From a virus (taxonomy: Duplodnaviria; Caudoviricetes): a stretch of DNA of 63,049 nt. The stretch is from positions 1-63,049 of the IMG/VR virus record IMGVR_UViG_3300027782_000082. One strand, 5' to 3'. Made by a program: the position numbers and the translations under genes. Positions 26,614-36,700 of this stretch are shown here, one piece after another. The notes beneath the pieces are model-generated. The model had not been told where the DNA came from, ran no database searches, and saw only the letters and a program-made list of their open reading frames with translations. Within the stretch, counting starts at the first letter, position 1, and every line of letters starts with the position of its first letter.

Positions 26614-27518
26614 ACTGCCTCCATGGCCTTTTCCCAATGTCGCAACAGTCCTCGTTTGTTCATGAAGTGTACGTTTTCATCCTGTATCCTGACTGCAAGA
26701 TTTTTCCAGTTCTCATGACGATCGTTGCTTAGAAACAACCAACCATTTTTGTCTGCGGCGGCAAGATCATCTTTACCATCCATGTAACGCATTGGCTGGT
26801 TGGAAATACGAGATGCCCACTCTTCGCCTGTTTGTCCTGCAAGCAGATGGCAAGCAATACTTACAGCATAGTCGGTGCGGAATAAGGCTCCCGGAAACTT
26901 GTAGGTGAACTTGTAGAATTCATAGTTCTCTTTAACATGTTCCCACAGATCAAAGAATAGCTGTGCATGTTCATCTTGCTGCCAGTATACTGCTGTACTC
27001 CACCACATCTTGATGCCAAGAGGATGTAGGTGCTGTTCATAATGGTGAGGAGGAAGGCCGCGCAAGTCCATTGCTTCGCCAAACATCGCAACGCTGGAAT
27101 CAGTGCCAAAAATATGGTCGAGATTGTTGTTACCAATGATGTAGTCTACATCTATCAGCAGGCTTCGCTTGAAAGGAGTTTTGTGGAATACTGAATGCTT
27201 GTTGGTGTTAGAGAACTGAGCCTGGAATTGATTCCAAGGACTATCGTAGTGTGTACGAATATTCTTTTCGTGTGCAACATCTTCCACAATGATGTGATCA
27301 AATGCCCGCAGAACAAGATCTCTTGGCAAACTCTGTTGCATCCAATCCAGCGTGCCTTTATCGGTCATCAATGCCACCTGGTTATTCATCATGTGTTTCT
27401 TTGCACTTAATGCTGCCAATAAAGCCAAACGGATGTAGTCTATTTGCTCATTGTTGTAGGCAAACATGAGGATACCAGTATCCTCATGCGGCTGTGCTTG
27501 AGGATTCTGATTGGTCAT
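26607..27518 (-). CDS. GT-A (GT8-like) glycosyltransferase
   Basis: GILMFAYN, FDHII, TPF..SLLIDVDY (DxD), FRTDYAVS and HFMNK. Confidence 0.75.
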   Translation of the reverse strand: MTNQNPQAQPHEDTGILMFAYNNEQIDYIRLALLAALSAKKHMMNNQVALMTDKGTLDWMQQSLPRDLVLRAFDHIIVEDVAHEKNIRTHYDSPWNQFQAQFSNTNKHSVFHKTPFKRSLLIDVDYIIGNNNLDHIFGTDSSVAMFGEAMDLRGLPPHHYEQHLHPLGIKMWWSTAVYWQQDEHAQLFFDLWEHVKENYEFYKFTYKFPGALFRTDYAVSIACHLLAGQTGEEWASRISNQPMRYMDGKDDLAAADKNGWLFLSNDRHENWKNLAVRIQDENVHFMNKRGLLRHWEKAMEAVC

Positions 27519-27894
27519 TGATTGTCTCTGTTTTTTCTACTTCTTGCGGAATGTCTACTATTTTTTCAATGGTTCTAGCACGTTTGATTTTTTCATTTTC
27601 AGCGTGTAGAAGATTCATTGCTTTGGCATGTCCATCAACCATTTTCCTGTGCAGTGATGGAATGTCTTTGACCAGTATTGGTTGATCGTTGGAATCGTTA
27701 AGAACGTATTGTTCTGTTCCGTTTCTAATGAGGTAATCTAACCAGAGTATTAGCTGTTCTGTTGAACGGAACATACCACCTGAATCGCTTACCAGCTGGA
27801 TTGCTTCAGCTCGTAAACGTATGTTCTTTTTATGGGTAGCAAGAGTTAGCCGGTAGTTGCTATACTCAATGGCTTCTTTGAGTCTTTGGTCCAT
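27484..27894 (-). CDS. Hypothetical protein, possibly tail-fibre-associated
   Basis: First gene after TAAATA 27924; GAGG RBS; follows the fibre genes. Confidence 0.75.
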   Translation of the reverse strand: MDQRLKEAIEYSNYRLTLATHKKNIRLRAEAIQLVSDSGGMFRSTEQLILWLDYLIRNGTEQYVLNDSNDQPILVKDIPSLHRKMVDGHAKAMNLLHAENEKIKRARTIEKIVDIPQEVEKTETINDQSESSSTAA

Positions 27895-27954
27895 GTGTCC
27901 TCACGATGATTTATATACGCAGTTATTTATCGCTACGTAATCACCAGGTGAGTA

Positions 27955-28968
27955 TCATGATCCTATAAATTCACCAATCAAGTTAAGTTCTGGCTCTGGG
28001 ATGATCAATGTGGTGCTGGGGCGCGAGTTATCAACTGGCTTGCGCCTACTGATAAAGCATCGGGTGGTTCCATTTACAACTTTTTCGCCAACTGCATTGT
28101 TTGTGTTGTCTAATACAACTCTGAATCGTACCACGTTTTTCGGAGTTCCAACCAGCTTGCTGTATATGCGCATGTAAAGTGGATCTCCATAGCCGCCATA
28201 ACCACCATAGCCTCCGTATCCGCCATAGCAGCCATATCCGCCATATCCGCCATATCCGCCATAGCATCCACCTGTTTGTATTGTTCCAACCAGCTGATAT
28301 GAATCACTGGTTAACTGTACAAAAGGCACATTGCCATTGGTATAATGTGCAACGCCGCTAATGCTTAATCCATTAACCCCGTATGATACAATGCCGGCCC
28401 TGTAGAACATGTATTGCCAGTCTCTATAGCCTTGCCCGGCGCCATTTCCTGCCATTTCAAAATCCATACGTATAGTGGATCCTGAATTGAAAAAGTGTCT
28501 AGCTTCATCGTAATTGGGAAAAATAGCATCAAATGTCAGCACGACTTGGTTGCGCCAATTGGTAGTGCGCGATGCTGTGCCAATTTGTAAAATAGATGCA
28601 CGTGCTGGACTCAGTGTGTTTGGCACTGTGAGCACATTGGTAGCATAATCATTGATAGCATTATAGTATGCTGTAAGGATCTTTTGATTCTCTGGCAACT
28701 GCCTGTCCAATTCAACATTGGCTAATCCTGTGTTTTCTACAGCAATGTTAAGACGATCAATCAACTGGTTGAAAGACTGCGCGGTGATTTTGTCACCTAC
28801 ATCTTTGTTTGTTGTGTTACCGCCGCCCCAGCCGTATTTCAATCGTGTTCGTACCGCTGGGTCCGTGCTGGGCCCTTGGTTACGAAAAAGATCCGCATAG
28901 ACCTTGTCTACTTTAAGTCTGGCGTCATCGTGTAACTGAGCCAGTATCTTGTCGCCTTTGAGCGCCAT
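27955..28968 (-). CDS. Virion structural / fibre-tip-like protein with a Gly-Tyr repeat
   Basis: GDKI(T/L)A repeats, F.NYDEARHFFNSG..IR and a (G-G/C-Y)9 insert. Confidence 0.75.
   Translation of the reverse strand: MALKGDKILAQLHDDARLKVDKVYADLFRNQGPSTDPAVRTRLKYGWGGGNTTNKDVGDKITAQSFNQLIDRLNIAVENTGLANVELDRQLPENQKILTAYYNAINDYATNVLTVPNTLSPARASILQIGTASRTTNWRNQVVLTFDAIFPNYDEARHFFNSGSTIRMDFEMAGNGAGQGYRDWQYMFYRAGIVSYGVNGLSISGVAHYTNGNVPFVQLTSDSYQLVGTIQTGGCYGGYGGYGGYGCYGGYGGYGGYGGYGDPLYMRIYSKLVGTPKNVVRFRVVLDNTNNAVGEKVVNGTTRCFISRRKPVDNSRPSTTLIIPEPELNLIGEFIGS
28186..28272 (-). repeat. 9-bp coding repeat encoding GGCYGGYGGYGGYGCYGGYGGYGGYGGYG
   Basis: Read directly; synonymous codons vary between units. 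Confidence 0.95.
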
Positions 28969-28970
28969 AG

Positions 28971-29999
28971 TTACCTAACTCCAATAGTTGCTTCAACCTT
29001 GCCTTCTCCAGATGAATCTTTGTTTCCTAATGCTCTACCAAATACAGCATCAGGATCATCACCTGTTTTCATTGAACGTGCAACGCCTGCAAGTTCGCTG
29101 GATACCAGCTTGTCACCTTTTTTAACTTCACCAATCACACGTACAGGTATACGACCTTTAAGTGCAACTGGTACTCTGGTTTCGTTTATGCCAATCCTAC
29201 TACCAATCAGCAATGCTGGATCAGTTGATACAACACCAAATATATCTGCATCTGCATCAGTTGTTACAACAGTTACTTCAGACTCGCCGCCAATCTTGAT
29301 CAGTGTGCCGGCCATGTAGTTCTTGTCACTGCGATACATTTCTGCCAAGTCAGCAAACTCTGCTTCAACAGCAATACCACGGAACTTGAAGCCTGTGCGA
29401 TTTGTCAGCTGTAGGCCTTTGCCAATCTGTGGGAATTCTGCTGTCAGTAGGCCAACAGTATCTTCTAGCTTTTCATCTGGATGTGGAGTATATGGTCCTT
29501 CTCCTGAGAAGATTGCCATCAGCTCGCCGCTCATGATGACTTTAATAGCATCATGCAGGATGGAATTCACGTCCTTGATGCGCACAAATTTAATTGTGGT
29601 TGCGCCGCTTGGAAAGCCAACTGGTTGATGCTTGGAACCATCCCAGATCCACAACTGCTTGATATCAGTCTGATACCAGAAGTCGCCTACCCTGCGGGTG
29701 TTTCCAGTTGGTTGGTTGATCTGCGCTACCAACTGTCCTAGTTCTTTCCAGTTGCCCTGTGAATCGTATACCGAAATACGATTGGTAACTGGATTAAACC
29801 ATAACTGTCCGGCGATAGGATTTCCAGGAGCTGACGCTGAACTAAAATGTTCCATCATGTGAACCAGGTCTTCAGCGACAATTTCACCGTATCCAGCAAA
29901 ATTCTTACCTAACAGCTTGATAGATGTACTAGTATCTAGGTCACCATCTGGAATGGTTACTAGTAATGTGCCATTGCTTTTGTTAATGTCGTAAGCCAT
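28971..29999 (-). CDS. Tail-fibre/baseplate protein with C-terminal intramolecular chaperone (peptidase G2-like) domain
   Basis: P.NP..GQLWF and GDFWY repeats; ADLAEMY...GVVST.PA...PVAL.GRIPV.V.GEV.KGD.LVSS. Confidence 0.75.
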   Translation of the reverse strand: MAYDINKSNGTLLVTIPDGDLDTSTSIKLLGKNFAGYGEIVAEDLVHMMEHFSSASAPGNPIAGQLWFNPVTNRISVYDSQGNWKELGQLVAQINQPTGNTRRVGDFWYQTDIKQLWIWDGSKHQPVGFPSGATTIKFVRIKDVNSILHDAIKVIMSGELMAIFSGEGPYTPHPDEKLEDTVGLLTAEFPQIGKGLQLTNRTGFKFRGIAVEAEFADLAEMYRSDKNYMAGTLIKIGGESEVTVVTTDADADIFGVVSTDPALLIGSRIGINETRVPVALKGRIPVRVIGEVKKGDKLVSSELAGVARSMKTGDDPDAVFGRALGNKDSSGEGKVEATIGVR

Positions 30000-30026
30000 A
30001 TGTTATTTCCTCGTTCTCTTATTTAA

Positions 30027-30665
30027 TCAACCTGCACGTATACGCAAGGTGTATATAACTTGCAACAAGCGGTTAGCACTTTTTTGTACTGGGTGGAAGA
30101 TCACATGTGTGATCAACAACCCTGTACCCAGCGAACCAGATGCGCTTTTTATCTTTAGCCCTAGCTCGTCAAATACGAAAGAACCTTCCATATTTGTAGC
30201 AGTATCTTGTACATCTTGCGATGTGCCAGCTAGATTAAACGTAGTGTCACCTGTAATTGGCTCATCATAGTCAATGGTACAAGTTACTATCAAATCAGTG
30301 TAGTTCAAGCCATTTACGTGTGTTACGTTTGTCTTGTTTAGATTTGGGTCAGTGTTGTTGACAAAATCATCTTCGTCAACGACTTTGAAAAAAGTAGCAT
30401 TATAAAGCTGTTCGGCTTGCCCATTGACATTAGGAGGACGATAGCTAACAGCACCAGTGCTATCGATTACTGTTCCACCGTTGCCAAAATGCATTTCGGA
30501 TACAAAATACCCGGTTGTAAAGTTACCTGCCAACAGGTTAGCAATAGCAACGGAAATGTTTTCAAAGTTAACGGCATTGCGCTTGTTCACAAAGACTTCA
30601 CCAGAATCTGGATCCCAGATCTTAATGTGTCCTTCAACTAGCGCATCCAAAGTGTCTTTTATCAT
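30027..30665 (-). CDS. Virion structural protein (baseplate/fibre-associated)
   Basis: GHIKI.D..SGE....KRNAV, FGNGG and FDELGL; late promoter at 30684. Confidence 0.7.
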   Translation of the reverse strand: MIKDTLDALVEGHIKIWDPDSGEVFVNKRNAVNFENISVAIANLLAGNFTTGYFVSEMHFGNGGTVIDSTGAVSYRPPNVNGQAEQLYNATFFKVVDEDDFVNNTDPNLNKTNVTHVNGLNYTDLIVTCTIDYDEPITGDTTFNLAGTSQDVQDTATNMEGSFVFDELGLKIKSASGSLGTGLLITHVIFHPVQKSANRLLQVIYTLRIRAG

Positions 30666-30721
30666 GCTAAATCCTCTATCTCATATTTATGTGTTGATTA
30701 CCGTTGTACTTAATCATTTTT

Positions 30722-33700
30722 TTACGCTGGAACAAAATAGCCGCGTCCTTCTTTCAAGAAAACTGCTTCTCGGGTGGTGCTGTTCAACAATGTTAGCGTT
30801 TCTTCGTTCCATTGCGGATACAGCGCATTTTGCCAGTTTTTCAGCTCACTAGGTGTAGGAACTTGGTTTTGCTGTCCACCATCGTACACCCTACGACCAA
30901 CAGTTTGAGGTAGTACAGGTGTTCCTAGTGTACCACGTACCAGTCGCTTGATTGTGTTTCCGTCAATTTCCCAGAACTCAACACGCTCACGAGCGAGCCA
31001 TACTACTCCTGGCTTGCCGTTTACTGGATCTGGTCGGGTCAATACCGATGCATCATCTAGCTGTATTTCAGTGGCAGTTTCATTTGCTGTTGCTGTGACT
31101 GTAGTAGATGCCGCGTTGTTGTATCTGTAAACTGTTGTTCCGCCCAGGATATCCATATGATATCTCCAGGCCACTGTGCTGTTATTTACAATCCTGCCGC
31201 TGGCATTGTTTATCACACGTATTTCCACGCTTTCGCCTGGGCTCAACGCTACCATTTCTTCTGGCCAACGATCCCATTCAGGCTGATAGAAAGCATTACC
31301 ATCTACGATTGCCTGTAGTGCTTCCGGCTGTACACCAAAGCTATGCCCTGCAATGATTGTGTCAATCAATGCTTCGTAGCCTGGCTGTTCCATATCCCAC
31401 AGATAGTTTTTCATGCGAGACACACGCTCGCCAGTTGCTGGTAGTAATCCTTCTGCTGTGAAGTCAAAATCCCAAGGATTACGATCCCACCCTTCCTGCA
31501 AATGCCCAAACGGATGTCCGTCAATGTAGTAGCCTTGCCATGTTTGATCACCATGGCGGCCATAACGCATGACAATTTTACCAGTGTGTGAATCTTCAAA
31601 CGACACTTCAACATTGTCTTTGATCTGATCTACTTCGGTTTGATTCAATATCTTTGTATGGTATGGCTTGACTTCATTGATGAAGTCTGTCAGAACATTG
31701 TCGTCGTTACGCAAATACTCCTTGCGGAAATATGCCGTTGCTGCCAGTGGTTCAGTGCTGACTCGCTCAACGTCAACATAGCTGGACTTTCTGATCCAAT
31801 GACAAGATGGATTCTGGCGCAGTACTTCTTTTGCCAATGCAAAGAAAACAACATTGTAATGCACTTGAGCTGAATCAACAAACACATCTTCTCTAAGAGC
31901 TGTTATGATTTCAAACAGCTCTACAAAAGGATAGGCATCCCAGCGTAGACTATCCCATGGACTCGCATCCCATAAATCCTGCGCCTTGGCCAGATCAAAT
32001 AATTTCTTGCTCAAGTGTATAGTGCCGTTTTCCTGGAATACCAGCTTCCAGCCATCTACTGATTTTTCCCAGACATTTTTAAGTTGTTGTTCGCCTAGCA
32101 ATACTTCTACATAGTCCCCGACTTTTGCTGTGCTATAATTGTATAACTCGGTTCCTGTAGTCAATACTGCTACTGGAATCTTGTTGCTATCAAAACTAGA
32201 ATCTGCGTAGTCAACATAATCCCAGTAGGTAGAAATATCATATGAGAAAGACGGGTCGTTGGTTGCAATGACTCTGCTCAGTCTGTTGTTCCATCCAACA
32301 ATGGATGTTACATTTACTTTGGCTAATTCTCTATTGGCAACATTTACAAATATACGAATAGCTTCAATACGATCATTTAACCAGCTTTGCTGTGTTGGTC
32401 GTATTTCGTTGCCATAACGATTGTACTTGTGCCTGCTGTAATCAGGAACACTCTTTCCTTGTATCTCTGAAATCTTGTCTGCTTCAACTAAGCGGAAATC
32501 CCAGAGACGCTGCCATGGTTGTGAAGCAAACGCAACAAAACTACCATCTTCAAATGCCACATCAGATGCCAGGAAGTCTCTAAATGCACGATAGTAATTT
32601 CCGTCGTATCTTACAACTGCACCACGGCCATAGTTGGTTCCAATTTGATAATTGCTCACGTCATAGATAGTTTCTGACTGATCTTCGCCAATGATACTGT
32701 CTCGCATGCGGATATGCAACCAATCAGACACTGTGGATGTGATGTCATTTTCTTTCATCAACAACCACTGGTCATGTGAGTCACTATTGCCATCAGTTTC
32801 GATTCGTAGCACAGCACCTTTTTTACCCAGTAACTTGCCTACACCGCTCAACAATATGGCATTTTTCTGCAATCCAGCAAACCACATCGCACCGCTCACA
32901 CGTGGATTGCCAACAACCGATGCAATCTGTGTCACATTGAATTTGTTTGATGTCAGCGGAATGCCCGCAGTTGCACGGGTGTAAACCTGTGCCGATGAAA
33001 TGCTTGTGGATTTTTGTGCTACTGATTGGATATTGGTTCTTGTTGAATATGTGCGATCCATACCCGATACCCAGAAATAGTAGAACGTGCGTAGCACACC
33101 CTTCTTGTCTTTTTCTTCACGCTCGCACCAGAAGTATTTGTTTTCTCCGTTGACTGTTTTATGATAAGGTGTACCAGTAACTGATTCAAAGTCAACCAAG
33201 AATCCAGTACGTGCTGACTCAACCCATTGTGCAGGAGGGATGACGCTTTTTACCCATTCATATATTTGTACTGTGCTACCTGGGAACTGTTTGCCCCACT
33301 GGAATGCTTTTTCTCTAGTCCTGCCTTGATAATAATCATAGTAACGTACAGCACTCAGATCCCACCACACTTCGCCCTGATGTTCGTCAAACCATGCAAA
33401 TCGAGGACGTACACTATACCCTTCCTGATCCTCTAGGTCTGCATTGGTATAGCTGGCAGGGTCATCATGTTCTTTCCAGTTTATAAATGTGTCTACGTAT
33501 GCTGGTAATACCCCAGCTGCTGGATCATATGGATTTAGTGTTGCCAGCACAGTATTTGTTTCGTAGTCAACGATTTCAACATTGGTAATACGACTGTGGT
33601 CAACAATGTCGCCTAGTGCTCGATCAAATATAAACGGAATGTGATTGAATGTGCCAGCACGTTTACCAAATGAGTTCACAGTATCCAGCAATGCTATCGC

Positions 33701-36700
33701 ATCTGAATCGCGCTTGAGCCTGGATGCATATCCCATTGCTACCATCATTAGTTCTCTCGACGAGAATGGCTTTATGCCTATCATGTGGTATTCAACTAAT
33801 GGATTTCCGTCGGCATCTTCAGTATCATTTTGCAATGCAAACATACCTGTACCGTTGTAATCCAATAGCACATTCCTGTTGGCATAGATTTTTCCTCTAA
33901 AGAACCAGGAGTCTTGTGCAAACAAATACTGATAATCAGTATACGACCAGATTTTCTTTGCAATCTTAGCAAGGTCTAATGTAGTAGCCGAACCGTTGGT
34001 TGTTGAATCAACTTCAGCAACAAATGCAATGCACTCGTCGGCAAACATGGTATTGATTGCTGCCGCGGCCAGTGTGCCGCTGGTGTAAATTTTTTCTGCT
34101 AATACCCATGCACAGTCATTGAACTGACGGAATATGATTCCGTTCAATGCTTCTGCTACAGTAATTGATGGAAGGTCTGTTGGCAATACTGTTGGCCCAG
34201 TCACATTCAATGCTGCCAAGCTGACTGGACAGGTGTCCGTCAATGCAAGGGTGCCAGCATCCAGTTTCATGAATGTGGCAAGCAATATACCGATTGCAAA
34301 CAACCATGGCATATTTTCTTCGCCACTTGCTTGCCACTGATGTAGCACATTGTCAGCATTAAAATCGTAGAATACCAAGCCTCTGTTGTCAGATGGAATA
34401 TCATTGTTTGTGAATAAAGAATAATTTCCCTTATAGGTATACGCACTGGGCTCGTTAACACGATCATCAATATAAGCCATCTGACCATTGGCCCATTCGT
34501 AGCCTGGATCCAATATACTGGCATTCATTTCGTCTACTGTGTAGAAATGAGTGTGTTTGACTACAAAAAGTTTTCCGTCTGCAGATGTGTTTCCAGGTGG
34601 AAATTCTGGAACAACAAAGTCTAGAGGATTATATTTCAACTCAATGAAGAATGATTCTGTATCTCTGATGGTGGTTACTTTGTAGTATCCGTTGACATCT
34701 TTCTTCTCTGTGCTTAGTATCAGTACCCAGTCTCCAACTGACAAGTTATGCTTGACGCCTGGAAGCATTTCACATAATGGATGATAAGGATCGTCAAACG
34801 TGCCAGCGCATAGTTCTTTGATACCAAGATTCTTATCCATGGTTTGTAGCACAGTCCAGTCTTTAACATCATTGGACTCTGGTGTTTTGTTTGCTAACCA
34901 AATGCTTGGCAAATACAGTTCTTCAATGGCCAGCCAATCAGCCGGATCAAATGTTGTTTTGGCCAAGTGTGAGTAATTTGCTTTGTACAGCTGACCTTTA
35001 TATCTCACACGATCTCCTTCATCGTATGGCAACTTTGTTGACCAGCTTTCAATAGCAGACATTTCTCCAAGTATGTCATCAGCAATGTCAATTTCATACA
35101 GCTGATCCACATCCATGAACTTGTAATCAGTTTCTATGCGATCTGGAATACCAGCTTGCGGCAAGTCTGTTTCTCTAACTGATTTTGATCGTATAGGCAA
35201 CTCAAAGTCACGTGGGTATTTTACCCAACGGCTGTCGTTTGGTCCCAGCAGGTCAATGATGTTATCTGCTGCCTTATCAACGTATGTTTCGTAATAGGTG
35301 TTTTCCCTAAATGGCGGTATCACACGCACAGTTATCAGATCCAGTAGTGTCTCTCTAGTGTCTGCGGGGATTTGAATTTCCCATGTGGACTTTTCGCCAG
35401 TAGTGCCAAAATCTCCCATACGGAACATCCAATTTTCTCGTACGGTGATACCTGGGGGTACAGACAGTGAGGATGATGACAAGTCGCCTAAAATTCCTTT
35501 AGTAAATTTGTCGATGATATTTGGTGTACCTTTTCGTCGCAGGCTTCCTGCTTGGAATTGGTCAATGGTATCTTTACTGAACCCAGCTGCCAGCAATGCA
35601 TCTTCTGGACGCGATAGTCCCAACTGACTTTTCTTTAGATTGCGTATCCAAGGATTAGAACTACGGTTTTCAACAGTGATATAGTCATCACCAATTTCTC
35701 TTGATATAGTGTCAAGATTTGACCCAATACCAGATTCGCCTATCAAGTAACCATGTCCTTCTGGACGACCATTCCAGTTGGTTGTGCGTTTGCCTTGCGC
35801 ACGTAGTCTAGGAATGATCAATCCAAACAAGTAATCATTGATCTGATCATTGAAAATAGTAGTGTCATTGAAAACAACAGCATGGGTATATTCTTCAAGG
35901 CCGCAACGCACAAAGTATATGCCAATGCCTGGGCGGCTCTTGATAGTGGTTTCTTCGTCTTCTCTTACCACTTCAGTGTCTTTGAAATCAATTCGTCGGC
36001 TATTTTCATCCAGCAAATAAGTTCTGCTCAAGAACGTGGTGTCAAGACGACCAAAGAATCGTGTGGAATGTGACAACACAAGATTTTGTGCTGCCGGGCT
36101 TAGTGCAATTTGAGTATTTGCCTGCCAGCGTGTCTGACTCCAGGTTGCAAACTCCCGTGCGCTATAACTCCAATCAAGGATGTCATCCTGTGTTGGCGCA
36201 GTATCCTCAAACTTCCAGCCTTGAGACTCAAGGTAATGTCCATAACCCAACAAGAAGTTGATCACTTCCTGCCTTGTCATCAGCACAGTACCATAGTCAA
36301 GATATGATATCACAGTCTCAAAGGTTGTGTACTTTTTATATGTGATACTTCCTACTTCAACTGGTATGCTTGGGCCGCTGGCCTTTACTGCATAGTAAGG
36401 AAAATAAGTTGATATGTTATCAAAACCCTGGATCCTATATCCGCCTGCATCATCTACGATCACCTTGACACCGCTGTAGGTTAGCACAACGCTGGGGCTG
36501 GTATTTTTCAAGCTGATCGCATAATCTTCTTGTGGAATACGATTGCCTTTTTCTTGTTCAATTAAAATATCTGCCACGAAGTCCAAGCTGGTCGCATCAA
36601 GGAATCCATTGGCAGTCCATTGCAACCTACTCTTGACATTACGGATCTCACTGATAATACTTTGCAAAACGTCCGCGCTTAGACTGGATGCTAATTCACT

